A stretch of DNA of 64,000 nucleotides. It comes from Polaromonas sp. (GTDB taxonomy: Bacteria; Pseudomonadota; Gammaproteobacteria; Burkholderiales; Burkholderiaceae_C). Where the stretch lies: assembly GCA_013298815.1 (NCBI GenBank), contig JAAFJF010000002.1, forward strand, positions 2,191 through 66,190, in the 5' to 3' direction. Shown here in pieces: positions 8,594-18,978 of this stretch. A program made the position numbers and the translations under genes. Each line of letters opens with the position of its first letter. Within the stretch, counting starts at the first letter, position 1. A model generated the notes under the pieces. That model was not told the origin of the DNA. It searched no databases and saw only the letters and a list, made by a program, of their open reading frames with translations.

Positions 8594-10342
8594 ATGTGGA
8601 CTTACAACGCCCCGCTGCGGGACATGCACTTTGTGATTGAAGAAGTCTTGCAAGCGCCCACCGCTTGGGCGCAGACGCCGGCTTTTGAGGATTTGGATGC
8701 AGACACATCACGCCAGATTTTGGAAGAAGCCGGCAAGTTTGCCAACGGCGTGCTAGCTCCTATCAATGGGGCGGCTGACCTTGAAGGCTGCAAATGGGTG
8801 GATGGCAACGTTACCACCCCGCAAGGCTACCCCGCTGCTTACAAAGCTTATGTCGAAGGCGGTTGGCCGGCGCTGGCGTGCGACCCCGCCTACGGTGGCC
8901 AGGGGTTGCCGCAGTTGCTGAACGCGGCGTTGAACGAGATGATTGCAGCCGCCAACCACGGCTGGACCATGTACCCCGGCTTGCTGCACGGCGCGTATGA
9001 CTGCATCAAAGCGCATGGCAGCGATGCGCTCAAAACTCGCTATCTGGAAAAACTGACCAGCGGCGAGTGGCTGGCGACCATGAATTTGAGCGAACCGCAA
9101 GCTGGCAGCGACCTGAGCCAAGTGCGCACCAAGGCAGAAGTCGGCCCCAGGACGGATGATGGCGAGAGTTGGTTGATCACTGGCAGCAAAATCTGGATTT
9201 CGGGCGGCGACCAGGATATGACCGATAACATCGTCCACCTCGTGCTGTGTCGTCTGCCGGATGCAACTGCGGGCAACAAAGGTTTGTCGCTGATGGTTGC
9301 ACCCAAGTTTTTGCCGGATGGCTCGCGCAACAAGATCCGCTGTGATGGCATTGAGAAAAAAATGGGCATCAAAGGCAGCGCCACAAGCGCCATGAGCTTT
9401 GAAGCCGCGACCGGCTGGCTGGTGGGTGAGCCGCACAAGGGCCTGACAGCCATGTTTGTGATGATGAATTCTGCCCGCCTGCACGTTGCCATGCAAGGCT
9501 TGGGGCATTTGGAGATGGCGCAGCAAAATGCCCACGCCTACGCCAGCGAACGTGTGCAAGGAAAAATTAATGGCCAAATCGGCACGATCGACCAACACCC
9601 CGCCGTGCGCCGCAACCTGTGGAGCTTGCGGTCGTTATGTGAAGGCGAGCGCGTGATCGCCTACTGGACGGCGCAACTGCTGGACGAGGCGCACAGCCAC
9701 CCCGACGCAGCACAGCGCGCCAAGGCGGAAGACTTGGTCGCACTGCTCACCCCCGTGGCCAAAGCGTTTTTCACCGACAACGGCAACCGAGGCGCGAACG
9801 AGGCGCTGCAGGTGTGGGGCGGCTACGGCTATGTGCATGAGTACGGCATCGAGCAAACCGTGCGCGACAGCCGCGTTGCCATGATTTACGAAGGCACCAA
9901 CGAAATCCAGGCCATTGACCTGCTACAGCGCAAGATCATGGCGGACGGCGGCGCCAAGCTGCTGGATTTGCTAGCGGTGTTGGAACAAGAACTTGAAGTC
10001 GGCGCGGGTGTGCCTGAGTTGAATGAATTTACCAACGCGCTACGCGCCCAGATCGCCGCCACCCGCGAAGCCGTGGGCGCGCTGCTCGCGGCGCGGGAGG
10101 CTGCCCCCGACTGGTCGCTGCGTGTGGCGGATGACTTTTTACGTGGACTCGGCTTCACGCTATTAGCCTGGGCCTGGGCACGCAGCGCGCGGGTTGCCTT
10201 GCCGCAAGTGGCCGACGCTTGGTACGCAGACAAAGTCAAAGCCGCCCGCTTTGGTGTGCAGTGGCTGCTACCTGAAGCGAACTACCGTTGGCAACGGGTG
10301 ATGGCGCGGAACGCTGTTTTGCCTGAAATTGGCTGCAATTAA
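8594..10342 (+). CDS. long-form acyl-CoA dehydrogenase (about 580 aa class with extra N- and C-terminal domains)
   Basis: 582 aa. Supporting motifs are NLSEPQAGSDL, KIWISGGD, the catalytic region YEGTNEIQAIDLL, and VQVWGGYGYVHEYGIEQ. It starts MWTYNAPLRDMHFV, as in the DmdC/FadE-like long ACADs. Confidence 0.85.
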   Translation: MWTYNAPLRDMHFVIEEVLQAPTAWAQTPAFEDLDADTSRQILEEAGKFANGVLAPINGAADLEGCKWVDGNVTTPQGYPAAYKAYVEGGWPALACDPAYGGQGLPQLLNAALNEMIAAANHGWTMYPGLLHGAYDCIKAHGSDALKTRYLEKLTSGEWLATMNLSEPQAGSDLSQVRTKAEVGPRTDDGESWLITGSKIWISGGDQDMTDNIVHLVLCRLPDATAGNKGLSLMVAPKFLPDGSRNKIRCDGIEKKMGIKGSATSAMSFEAATGWLVGEPHKGLTAMFVMMNSARLHVAMQGLGHLEMAQQNAHAYASERVQGKINGQIGTIDQHPAVRRNLWSLRSLCEGERVIAYWTAQLLDEAHSHPDAAQRAKAEDLVALLTPVAKAFFTDNGNRGANEALQVWGGYGYVHEYGIEQTVRDSRVAMIYEGTNEIQAIDLLQRKIMADGGAKLLDLLAVLEQELEVGAGVPELNEFTNALRAQIAATREAVGALLAAREAAPDWSLRVADDFLRGLGFTLLAWAWARSARVALPQVADAWYADKVKAARFGVQWLLPEANYRWQRVMARNAVLPEIGCN

Positions 10343-10367
10343 CCAAATTTACCCCAAATTACCCCTC

Positions 10368-10432
10368 AAATATGCCTCTAGCCGGCGTACTTATTGCCTA
10401 AGTAGCTATTAAAATAGTAGCGAATTTAAAGC
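10368..10432 (-). repeat. dispersed intergenic repeat, copy 3 (full length)
   Basis: The top strand reads AAATATGCCTCTAGCCGGCGTACTTATTGCCTAAGTAGCTATTAAAATAGTAGCGAATTTAAAG. Confidence 0.85.
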
Positions 10433-10452
10433 TTTTTTTAGAATCTCTTTGA

Positions 10453-11982
10453 TTACACTTTAACTTGCATACGTGGCGTTTTCGGCCAATCGAGGTGAAA
10501 GAATTCACCACGCGGTTTGTCGGTGCGCTCGTAGGTGTGCGCACCGAAGTAATCACGCTGGCCTTGCAACAAGTTGGCAGGCAAATTAGCGCTGCGGTAA
10601 CCGTCGAAATAAGCCAAAGCTGAGCTGAAAGCGGGCACGGCGATGCCATGCTGCACGGCCAAGCCAATCACTTTACGCCAGTTGTTTTGCGCGTCGTGTA
10701 AGGCGTTGGTGAAATAGCTGTCCAACATCAGGTTTTTCAAATCCGGTTGGGTGTTGTAGGCGTCGGTGATTTTCTGCAAAAACCGTGCGCGGATGATGCA
10801 ACCGCCACGCCAAATTTGAGCGATGGTTGCGAAATTCAACGTCCAGTTGTATTCTTTCTCAGCCTCTTTCATGAGCTGGAAGCCTTGTGCGTAGGCGCAG
10901 ATTTTGGAGCAATACAAGGCATCTTGAATGGCGGCGATGATGGTTTCACGGTCCTTTTCAAATGGCAATTGCGGGCCTTTCAAGATTTGGCTGGCTGCCA
11001 CGCGCTCGGCTTTAAGGGCTGACAGAGCTCGCGCAAAAACAGCCTCAGCAATCGCGTTAGCGGGTGCGCCCAACTCCAACGCGTTGGCCGCTGTCCACAT
11101 GCCTGTGCCCTTTTGCCCTGCTGTGTCCAGCACTTTGTCGACCAAAAAGGTTTGTCCGCTGGCATCTTCTGGGTCTTTTTGTTGCAAGATGTCTGCGGTG
11201 ATTTCGATCAAGAAGCTGGACAGTGTTCCCTTATTCCAAGAGTCAAACACTTTGCCAATTTCGCCTGCGCTCATGCCCAGCATGTTTTTCATCAAGGCAT
11301 AGGCTTCGCATATGAGCTGCATGTCGATGTACTCAATGCCGTTGTGCACCATTTTGACGTAGTGGCCTGCGCCATCCGGGCCAATGTGGGCTGTGCACGG
11401 CACGCCGCCTACCAGTGGGTGGCCAGGCGTTGCGCCGTCTAGCTGTTGCCCTGTGACAGGGTCAACCTTGGCGGCAATATCGCGCCAAATGGGTTCTAAC
11501 GATGCCCAAGCTTTGGCAGAGCCACCTGGCATCAACGACGGGCCAAAACGAGCGCCGGTTTCACCACCTGAGACGCCAGATCCGATGAAGGCAAAACCTT
11601 TGGCGCTGAGTTCCTTTTCACGGCGAATCGTGTCACCCCACAAAGCGTTACCTCCGTCTATGATGATGTCGTCCGCTTCTAAATGGGGCATCAGTGATGC
11701 AATCGTATCATCAGTCGCCGCGCCCGCTTTGACCAGCAAGATGATTTTGCGGGGGCGTTTGATGTTGCGCACGAATTCGGCAACATCGGTATAACCGGAG
11801 ACGCGTGGTGCTGAGGGTTCATTGGCCTTGCACTGAGCAATGAAGTCCGACGTGCGCTCGGAGTTGCGATTGAAAACGGCGATGTTGTAGCCGTGGTCAG
11901 CAATGTTGAGTGCTAAGTTTTGCCCCATTACGGCTAAACCTACTAGGCCAATGTCTGATGATGCATTCATGGATGTTGTCAT
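10453..11982 (-). CDS. gnd: 6-phosphogluconate dehydrogenase, decarboxylating
   Basis: 509 aa. Supporting motifs are [63 protein letters not shown] and [16 protein letters not shown]. Confidence 0.9.
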   Translation of the reverse strand: MTTSMNASSDIGLVGLAVMGQNLALNIADHGYNIAVFNRNSERTSDFIAQCKANEPSAPRVSGYTDVAEFVRNIKRPRKIILLVKAGAATDDTIASLMPHLEADDIIIDGGNALWGDTIRREKELSAKGFAFIGSGVSGGETGARFGPSLMPGGSAKAWASLEPIWRDIAAKVDPVTGQQLDGATPGHPLVGGVPCTAHIGPDGAGHYVKMVHNGIEYIDMQLICEAYALMKNMLGMSAGEIGKVFDSWNKGTLSSFLIEITADILQQKDPEDASGQTFLVDKVLDTAGQKGTGMWTAANALELGAPANAIAEAVFARALSALKAERVAASQILKGPQLPFEKDRETIIAAIQDALYCSKICAYAQGFQLMKEAEKEYNWTLNFATIAQIWRGGCIIRARFLQKITDAYNTQPDLKNLMLDSYFTNALHDAQNNWRKVIGLAVQHGIAVPAFSSALAYFDGYRSANLPANLLQGQRDYFGAHTYERTDKPRGEFFHLDWPKTPRMQVKV

Positions 11983-12110
11983 GTGAAATATTATTGTTAA
12001 ATTATGGCGCCAATTACACAGTTATTTAAGCTGCTAATTGTGCCGTTAAATGTGCCATTATGATAGGCGTTTAAAAGACAAATCCAGCGGAAAAATAAGT
12101 CAAATACTTT

Positions 12111-13460
12111 ATGCCAAATACTATCAACAACCATTTTGTGCCCTGGTTTCGGTCAGTCGCACCGTATATTCATATGCACAGAGGGAAAACCTTTGTGGTT
12201 GGCATCGCGGGTGAGGCCATCGCTGCTGGAAAACTGCAGAACTTGGCACAAGATTTGGCATTAATTCAGAGCATGGGAGTCAAAGTCGTCTTGGTGCATG
12301 GTTTTAGACCCCAAGTTAACGAACAACTGATGGCTAAAGGGCATACGCCACGTTATTCGCACGGTATGCGCATTACTGACGAAGTGGCACTGGATTGCGC
12401 GCAGGAAGCTGCAGGACAATTGCGTTACGAAATTGAAGCCGCCTTTAGCCAAGGTCTACCCAATACGCCTATGGCCGGCTCAACCGTCAGAGTGATTTCA
12501 GGCAACTTCATCACCGCACGGCCCGTGGGAATCGTCGATGGTGTTGACTTTCAACACTCTGGATTGGTTCGTAAAGTAGATACTGCAGGCATAACCCAAA
12601 CACTGGCGTTTGGGTCAATGGTATTGCTCTCGCCGTTTGGATTTTCGCCTACTGGCGAGGCGTTTAACCTGACCATGGAGGAAGTTGCGACGTCGGTTGC
12701 TATCGCTTTGCAGGCTGATAAGTTAATCTTTATGAGTGAGGTTCCAGGTATCAGAATGCAAGCCCATGAACCTGCTGGAGATGACAACCCAATCGATACG
12801 GAACTACCATTAGCTGCAGCAAAAGCTTTGTTGGCGAATTTGCCTTCAGCAAGTCAGCCTTCAGACACCGCATTTTATTTACAGCACTGCGTGAAAGCAT
12901 GTGAAGAAGGTGTTGAGCGCAGCCATATTTTGCCATTTGATGTTGATGGCGCATTGCTGCTAGAAATCTATGTTCACGATGGCATCGGCACCATGGTTGT
13001 GGATGAAAAACTAGAGAGCTTGCGCGAGGCCACAGCAGATGATGTAAGTGGTATTTTGCAATTGATTGAGCCATTTGAAAAAGATGGCACTTTGGTCAAA
13101 CGCAGTCCAACTGAGATCGAACGTGATGCGAACAACTACAGCATCATTGAGCACGATGGTGTAATTTTCGCCTGCGCCGCACTGTACCCATACCCCGAGT
13201 CGAGAACGGCTGAGATGGCTGCGCTGACTGTTTCACCGCATGTGCAAGGTCATGGCGATGGTGAGCGGGTACTCAAGCGCATAGAGCATCGTGCCAAAGC
13301 AGCTGGCTTGGACAGTATTTTTGTGCTAACCACGCGTACCACACATTGGTTTTTAAAGCGTGGCTTTAAGCTGGTTGATCCAGATTGGCTCCCAGAGGCT
13401 CGCAAACGCAAGTACAACTGGGACAGGAAGAGCCAAGTTTTGGTTAAAAAAATCAGTTGA
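12111..13460 (+). CDS. argA: amino-acid N-acetyltransferase (N-acetylglutamate synthase)
   Basis: 449 aa. It has an N-terminal amino-acid-kinase-like domain (FVPWFRSVAPYIHMHRGKTFVV, VVLVHGFRPQV) and a C-terminal GNAT domain (EMAALTVSPHVQGHGDGERVL). Confidence 0.9.
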   Translation: MPNTINNHFVPWFRSVAPYIHMHRGKTFVVGIAGEAIAAGKLQNLAQDLALIQSMGVKVVLVHGFRPQVNEQLMAKGHTPRYSHGMRITDEVALDCAQEAAGQLRYEIEAAFSQGLPNTPMAGSTVRVISGNFITARPVGIVDGVDFQHSGLVRKVDTAGITQTLAFGSMVLLSPFGFSPTGEAFNLTMEEVATSVAIALQADKLIFMSEVPGIRMQAHEPAGDDNPIDTELPLAAAKALLANLPSASQPSDTAFYLQHCVKACEEGVERSHILPFDVDGALLLEIYVHDGIGTMVVDEKLESLREATADDVSGILQLIEPFEKDGTLVKRSPTEIERDANNYSIIEHDGVIFACAALYPYPESRTAEMAALTVSPHVQGHGDGERVLKRIEHRAKAAGLDSIFVLTTRTTHWFLKRGFKLVDPDWLPEARKRKYNWDRKSQVLVKKIS

Positions 13461-13466
13461 TGGGCT

Positions 13467-14273
13467 TTATGCCAAACAATCCTGCGGAATCTCTTCAACG
13501 GGCTTAGCCCCAGTCATGATGGCCACAGTGTCAGACATACTGATTTTCTTGGGGTTGACCACCGCTGCGCGCCTTCCTAAGCGCTGGATATGAATACGGT
13601 CTGCCACTTCAAACACATGCGGCATGTTGTGGCTGATCAAAATCACTGGCAAGCCTTTGTCTCGCACACGGCGAATCAGCTCTAACACCATGTTGCCCTC
13701 TTTCACGCCCAGAGCAGCCGTTGGCTCGTCCATGATGACAACGTGCTGAGCAAATGCCGCACTACGCGCTACGGCAACACCTTGACGTTGACCGCCCGAC
13801 AATGTCTCTACGGCTTGCGTCATAGAGCGAATACCAATTTTCAGCTCATTCATATGCCGAACAGCTTCTTTAAGCATGCTCGGCTTATCAATCAAACGAA
13901 AAACTTTACCCAAAACACCAGGACGCAAGATTTCGCGACCTAGAAAGAGGTTTTCAGCAATACTCATGGCGGGTGCAACCGCTAAATCTTGGTATACGGT
14001 TTCAATGCCAGCGCGACGTGCATCAATGGGCGAGCGGAAGTGCACAGGCTTGCCATCTAGTAACATCTCACCAGAATCAGGCGTGACTGCACCAGATAAA
14101 ACTTTAATCAGTGAGGACTTCCCTGCGCCGTTGTCGCCAATAACAGCCAGAATTTCGCCAGCACGAAGTTCAAAATCGACACCATCTAGCGCTGTAACTT
14201 GGCCATAACGTTTGACGATGTTACGCGCTTGCATCACCAAAGGCGCTGCGCTCAAATTGGTATTTGCAGTCAT
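13467..14273 (-). CDS. sugar ABC transporter ATP-binding protein (single NBD, CUT2/FrcA-like)
   Basis: 268 aa with Walker A GDNGAGKSS, signature LSGGQRQ and Walker B VVIMDEPT. Confidence 0.85.
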   Translation of the reverse strand: MTANTNLSAAPLVMQARNIVKRYGQVTALDGVDFELRAGEILAVIGDNGAGKSSLIKVLSGAVTPDSGEMLLDGKPVHFRSPIDARRAGIETVYQDLAVAPAMSIAENLFLGREILRPGVLGKVFRLIDKPSMLKEAVRHMNELKIGIRSMTQAVETLSGGQRQGVAVARSAAFAQHVVIMDEPTAALGVKEGNMVLELIRRVRDKGLPVILISHNMPHVFEVADRIHIQRLGRRAAVVNPKKISMSDTVAIMTGAKPVEEIPQDCLA

Positions 14274-15322
14274 TAGCGCGCTCCTTTGCGAGACATTTGA
14301 TCCGCAGCTACGGCCAGAATCACTAAAACGCCTGTAATCAATGTTTGGTAAACAGAAGCGACTCCCATCAAGGTCAAGCCATTGCGAAAAACGCCAACGA
14401 TGACAGCGCCGACCAGTGAACCTAAAAGGATTCCTCGCCCACCAAATAAACTGGTTCCCCCTAGAACCACAGCTGTGATGGCATCTAAATTTTCCGTTTG
14501 CCCCGCTTGCGGATCACCCACACCCGTTCTTGCTACAGATAATAGAGCAGCAATACCATAAAATAAACCGGCTAATGCATAAACACCCAACAAAACACGA
14601 TCCACAGAAATGCCGGTTAATCTGGCAGCTTCTGGGTTGTTCCCCACAGCGTAAACATGACGGCCAGGCGATGAATCACGCAACATATACCAAGCCACCA
14701 CATACAAAACTATCATCACGATGGTGCCGTACCCAACCTCTGTGCTGCCAATGCTGAAAGTATTCCCCAACGCAGTCATTTCTACCGGCAGATCTCGCAC
14801 AGTTTGTGATTCAGAATAAATTTGTGTGATTGCGAATGCGATATTCAACGTCCCCAGTGTCACAATAAAAGAAGGCAATTTAACTTTGGTAATCAACAAA
14901 CCATTGATAAGCCCAAACATAGTTGCCGTGCCCAGCCCACAAGCAATAGCAAGATAGGGATCGAACCCGTAATCCACAGCAAACTTAGTCATCACAATGC
15001 CAGCCAAAGACATCACCATGCCGCACGACAGATCAATACCTGCCGTCAAAATAATCAAAGTTTGACCGATAGCGAGTACGCCAACTACCATCACCTGCTG
15101 AAGCACCAGTGAGAGATTCTCACCCGTTAAAAAACGGTCTGATTGCGTGGTGAAAAAAAAGCAAGTAGCAAGTAGCGCTAACCATGGTCCCAAGGCACCC
15201 CACGGTATGGCTCTGGCCTGACCATCAGAAGACAACGTAGTCATAAATAATCCAACAGAAACAATAAAAAAGCTTACAACGAGAAGGCTATTCCTCCATC
15301 GTTGTAAGCCCATGCTAATCAC
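14273..15322 (-). CDS. sugar ABC transporter permease (RbsC/FrcC-like)
   Basis: 349 aa polytopic membrane protein. It contains GIDLSCG and LGGTSLFGGRG, motifs of the CUT2 permeases. Its stop overlaps the ATPase start. Confidence 0.8.
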   Translation of the reverse strand: MISMGLQRWRNSLLVVSFFIVSVGLFMTTLSSDGQARAIPWGALGPWLALLATCFFFTTQSDRFLTGENLSLVLQQVMVVGVLAIGQTLIILTAGIDLSCGMVMSLAGIVMTKFAVDYGFDPYLAIACGLGTATMFGLINGLLITKVKLPSFIVTLGTLNIAFAITQIYSESQTVRDLPVEMTALGNTFSIGSTEVGYGTIVMIVLYVVAWYMLRDSSPGRHVYAVGNNPEAARLTGISVDRVLLGVYALAGLFYGIAALLSVARTGVGDPQAGQTENLDAITAVVLGGTSLFGGRGILLGSLVGAVIVGVFRNGLTLMGVASVYQTLITGVLVILAVAADQMSRKGAR

Positions 15323-15335
15323 TAAACTCTACAAA

Positions 15336-16316
15336 TTACTTCTTACCCCAGCATAAATCTGCACCAACTTTGGTGTCTTTGCTGTCAACGCCTTTGATGG
15401 CTTTGTTTGCAATCAAAGTCACGCCAGTGTCAACATAACCAGACGCTTTTTTGCCAGACTTGGCATACTCAGCACCGGCTTGCACACCCATAGAAGCCAT
15501 TTTCAACGGGTATTGTTGAGACGTTGCAGCAATCACGCCTTTGGCTGTGTCTTTGATACCTTGGCAACCGCCGTCAACTGACACGATAGTCACGCCAGTT
15601 TTCTTGGCTTTTTGCAAAGCGTTGAATGCGCCGGCAGCTGCTGGCTCATTGATGGTGTACACCACGTTGATATCTGGGTTCTTTTGCAGGCAGTTTTCCA
15701 TGGCTGTTTGGCCTTTGGCTTGGTCGCCGAAGCTGTCTGCAGCGCAAACGATTTCTGGCGCTGTTGACAATTCATTTGACTTAGCGTCGTTGGCTTTCAA
15801 GCCGTAGCCAACCATGAAACCATTGTGACGCTGCGCGCCCACTGGATGACCTGGGAACAAGTCAAGCATCGCGATTTTCGCTGGCTTACCGCCCATGGCT
15901 GCTTTGGCGTATTGACCAATCAATTCGCCAGCCTTGTAATTGTCAGTTGCGAACAATGCATCTGCGCCATCAAACGGGCTGTCCAAAGCAATCACTTGTA
16001 CGCCCTTGGCTTGCACTTTTTTCACTGTTGGGATGATGGCATCGCCACTTGCTGTGATCAAAATGGTTTTTGCGCCAGCAGCTGCCATGTTTTCTAAGGC
16101 GGTGATCTGCGCTGCTGTGTCGCCATCTTGTTTGCCGCTGGCTGTGAGCAACTTGATACCGAGCTTCTTAGCTTCAGCTTGCGCGCCCTCTTTCATCTTG
16201 ACGAAGAACGGGTTGGTCTCAGTTTTAGTGATCAGACCCACAACGGTCTGAGCGGCCATACTACTTGTAGCAGTAAAGACCAATGTAGCAAGGAGTAAAG
16301 AAGGCTTGAAATTCAT
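15336..16316 (-). CDS. periplasmic sugar-binding protein (RbsB/FrcB-like)
   Basis: 326 aa. It has the signal peptide MNFKPSLLLATLVFTATSSMAA followed by VGLITKTETNPFFVKMKEGA, typical of type I periplasmic binding proteins. Confidence 0.8.
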   Translation of the reverse strand: MNFKPSLLLATLVFTATSSMAAQTVVGLITKTETNPFFVKMKEGAQAEAKKLGIKLLTASGKQDGDTAAQITALENMAAAGAKTILITASGDAIIPTVKKVQAKGVQVIALDSPFDGADALFATDNYKAGELIGQYAKAAMGGKPAKIAMLDLFPGHPVGAQRHNGFMVGYGLKANDAKSNELSTAPEIVCAADSFGDQAKGQTAMENCLQKNPDINVVYTINEPAAAGAFNALQKAKKTGVTIVSVDGGCQGIKDTAKGVIAATSQQYPLKMASMGVQAGAEYAKSGKKASGYVDTGVTLIANKAIKGVDSKDTKVGADLCWGKK

Positions 16317-16373
16317 ATGTGTCCCTTAAAAATAATGTTAAGCCAAACCTCCCGATTTCGAGATGTTTGAAAT

Positions 16374-16398
16374 ATTCTTCTTCTTTTTACAGAAGAAT
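16374..16398. promoter_or_regulatory. inverted repeat ATTCTTCT-N9-AGAAGAAT upstream of the sugar ABC operon (candidate operator)
   Basis: Read directly, about 60-80 bp upstream of the binding-protein start at 16316. Confidence 0.3.
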
Positions 16399-16588
16399 TG
16401 GGACGTAGTATGCCTGCAAGCAATTACTAAATCAATTGGCTTTATTAATGGAAAACCCTAAAAACACCCTAAAGTTGGCCTATTACGCCAGAAAAACTGA
16501 AAAAAGTGAGGGAAAAGTATAGAAAAATGGGCGCAGCGTGCCAGTGTTACCCGGTTTATTGGATTGGCGTGAATAGATAACGCCAGTG

Positions 16589-17746
16589 CTAATGCTGATT
16601 GATACTTGGTGCCCGTCGTTCTGGCGGCACAGTCACGGCGATTTCAGAATTCAGAATTTGCCACAGCTGACTCAAACGGCTGACCGCTTCAGCCGAAGTA
16701 TCTGGCTCTGTTGTTTTGCTATTCTGACTTAACGAATCTCGCATCACATAAGTCTTAGGTTTTTTCTTCAAGGTAATCTCGGTATCCAAAATTCGCCACA
16801 GCATACTGAGCTTCTCATTAGCTTCAACAGTCGTGTCCGATGCCGTCACAGAGTCGCTCCCGGCATCAGATTGCCGCTTGTTAGCGATTTCTGTATTCAA
16901 TACGCGCCAAAGCTGTCGTAAAACTGCGGACACTTCTTTGGTTTTTTCCTCTACACCAGCTTGAGTGTTAGAAGAATCGCCTTGGCGTTTAAAAGCAATA
17001 TCTGTGTTTAAAACCGACCACAGCTGCCCCATGACCCCAGCAGCTTCATCTAACTTTTCTTGGTGTAATTTGAGTTCCGCTTCGGTAGCTGGGATAGTTT
17101 TATTGTTTTCATCAGTTTTAAGCACAATATCTGTATTTAAAACTCTCCACAACTGTCCCAATACGTCTCCCGCATCTTTACTGTTAGGGGCGTCCGGTTC
17201 TTTGCTAGCATTGGCTGATGCGCTCCAGGAGATATCAGTGTTCAAAACACGCCAAAGCTGGTTAAGCACATCTGCGCTGTCTTTTGCGGGTTTTACCAGC
17301 CCAGTGCTGTCCGCTGGCTTTGCGTTTGCAGGGGAAAATGTTAGTGCATCACCTTCATCATCATTTGCGAGGTGGTCGATATTTTTGAGACTTTTAGATT
17401 CATAAGTAGGTTCAGCGCCAACAGCCGCAATGTGACCTTTGGTTTGAAGCACGCTCAACAAAGCGTAGGTTTTATCAACCGGTAATTTCAAGCGGCGAGC
17501 GACTAAAAAACCAACCATGGGCCGTTTTTCTAGCAACGCACAAATTAGCTTCATCGCATCAACCAAATCGCCATGCATATTGCCTAAATTTGGCCACGAC
17601 TCTAAGCGCAGCAAGCACAACATAAATTGACTGTCCAGCCTGCGAATGGTGACGGCATAAGCAATGCTCCAATCAGCAGCCGAAGTGGTTGTCCTTGATA
17701 TTGCTAAAGCCATGTGCTTATTCAGTGAAGATGTGTTACTTTTCAA
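16589..17746 (-). CDS. repeat protein of unknown function: N-terminal globular domain plus six spaced copies of a QLWRVLNTDI-type motif
   Basis: 385 aa, with a TTG start at 17746 or an ATG at 17713. The motifs are VLNQLWRVLNTDI, VLGQLWRVLNTDI, VMGQLWSVLNTDI, VLRQLWRVLNTEI, LSMLWRILDTEI and LSQLWQILNSEI. The conserved Trp lies at aa 165, 200, 243, 280, 317 and 362. The linkers are rich in S, T, D, E and K. I cannot assign a family. Confidence 0.6.
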   Translation of the reverse strand: MKSNTSSLNKHMALAISRTTTSAADWSIAYAVTIRRLDSQFMLCLLRLESWPNLGNMHGDLVDAMKLICALLEKRPMVGFLVARRLKLPVDKTYALLSVLQTKGHIAAVGAEPTYESKSLKNIDHLANDDEGDALTFSPANAKPADSTGLVKPAKDSADVLNQLWRVLNTDISWSASANASKEPDAPNSKDAGDVLGQLWRVLNTDIVLKTDENNKTIPATEAELKLHQEKLDEAAGVMGQLWSVLNTDIAFKRQGDSSNTQAGVEEKTKEVSAVLRQLWRVLNTEIANKRQSDAGSDSVTASDTTVEANEKLSMLWRILDTEITLKKKPKTYVMRDSLSQNSKTTEPDTSAEAVSRLSQLWQILNSEIAVTVPPERRAPSINQH

Positions 17747-17956
17747 ACTCAGCAGCTAGCAATATGAACCGCTAAGTCATTTGATATTCCAGCATGTTAC
17801 TAACGTTAATATTAGCAATATACGAAACAAAATACAAACAAAAGTATACAGACAGTTGACCGAATAAGTTAACTTTTGCACCAATCTAAGCAAAGCAAGC
17901 TCAAAAACCAGTGACTTAAATCACGCATTTCACATAAACTTATGTAGGCAAATTTT

Positions 17957-18472
17957 TCAATGATGCAGTTTCCTGATTTTGAACATGCTCAAAATTGCTA
18001 TCAATGCAAGACTGCAAAAACACGCAAAAGACCAATTCGCAATCGATCCACCTAAAAAGGTCCAATCAACTTTGGTGCAATCACCAGAACCCTTCAAAAT
18101 CATAGGAACAAGGTTTTGCAGCGGAAACGTCTCAATCATGCCGTAAATATCGCGCCCACACGATGCGATTTCAGGCGGGTACCACTGAAGCCAGCTTTGA
18201 CGCGCTGCCACAAACGCTCCACCCAGCGCGGTGATGATAACCAACCAAGAAGCGCTGATTTGAATGCCTCTTATCCCAGTAGCCGATGCAATAATTGCCC
18301 ATACAGCTATTAAAATAATAGCATATCGTTGCACAATACACATCGGGCATGGCTCCAAACCGCCAACGTGTTGCAAATAGAAGCCAAAACAAAGCATGGC
18401 AACGCAGCCCACAGCTATCAAAGCCATGATTTGTCTAAAACTAAACCGGTCTAAAAAACTCAAAGCATTCAA
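17957..18472 (-). CDS. dsbB: disulfide bond formation protein B
   Basis: 171 aa with four TM helices, the first periplasmic CxxC (EPCPMCIVQRY) and a second Cys pair (SCGRD...GDCTKVDW). Confidence 0.85.
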   Translation of the reverse strand: MNALSFLDRFSFRQIMALIAVGCVAMLCFGFYLQHVGGLEPCPMCIVQRYAIILIAVWAIIASATGIRGIQISASWLVIITALGGAFVAARQSWLQWYPPEIASCGRDIYGMIETFPLQNLVPMILKGSGDCTKVDWTFLGGSIANWSFACFCSLALIAILSMFKIRKLHH

Positions 18473-18592
18473 AATGACGACTCCACTGTAAAATCACGAT
18501 TAATTGATACCAAGACTTTTAAAAAGTTCTGTATAAGTTTATTCACAACTATCTAAAAATTTTCTCAAGATTTCTAAAAGGTAAGCAATCAT

Positions 18593-18865
18593 ATGGCACG
18601 CATGGTCAACTGTATCAAATTAGGCATTGAAGCTGAAGGCTTGGACTTTCCGCCTTACCCAGGTGACTTGGGTAAAAAGCTATGGGAGGGCGTAAGCAAG
18701 CAAGCTTGGGCCGATTGGATGAAGCACCAAACCATGCTGGTCAACGAGAACCGCCTGAATTTGGGCGATTTACGCGCCCGCCAATACTTGGCACGTCAAA
18801 TGGAAGCGCATTTCTTCGGCGGCGGTGCAGATGCTGCGCAAGGCTATGTTCCTCCAAGCGCATAA
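18593..18865 (+). CDS. yggX: Fe(2+)-trafficking / oxidative damage protection protein YggX
   Basis: 90 aa. [53 protein letters not shown] is collinear with the YggX family. Confidence 0.9.
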   Translation: MARMVNCIKLGIEAEGLDFPPYPGDLGKKLWEGVSKQAWADWMKHQTMLVNENRLNLGDLRARQYLARQMEAHFFGGGADAAQGYVPPSA

Positions 18866-18978
18866 ATCATGCACAGCATTACTTAGTCGGCTAGCTAGGT
18901 CAAACAACTATCGTTAACGGCATCGCACATTGTGTTGTTATTGGCGCAGGCATCGCGGGCGCATGCGCAGCGCAGAGC

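Noticed and set aside
8753-9598. 281-aa ORF antisense to the acyl-CoA dehydrogenase gene. Similar long antisense or out-of-frame ORFs are 29521..30132, 33739..34284, 25332..25817, 31442..31981, 32109..32645 and 55615..56196.
   Set aside because: Each lies wholly inside a gene with a strong family-level match on the other strand or frame. Their products are Arg/Ala/Gly-rich low-complexity sequences, typical of shadow ORFs in GC-rich coding DNA.
10330-10370. AAATTTACCCC / AAATTACCCC near-duplicate after the acyl-CoA dehydrogenase stop.
   Set aside because: Only two imperfect 10-bp units directly adjoin a dispersed-repeat copy. There is too little signal to call a separate feature.
16566-16584. 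GGCGT-N9-ACGCC hairpin as terminator of the repeat-protein gene.
   Set aside because: The stem is only 5 bp with no T-run, which is not convincing as a terminator.
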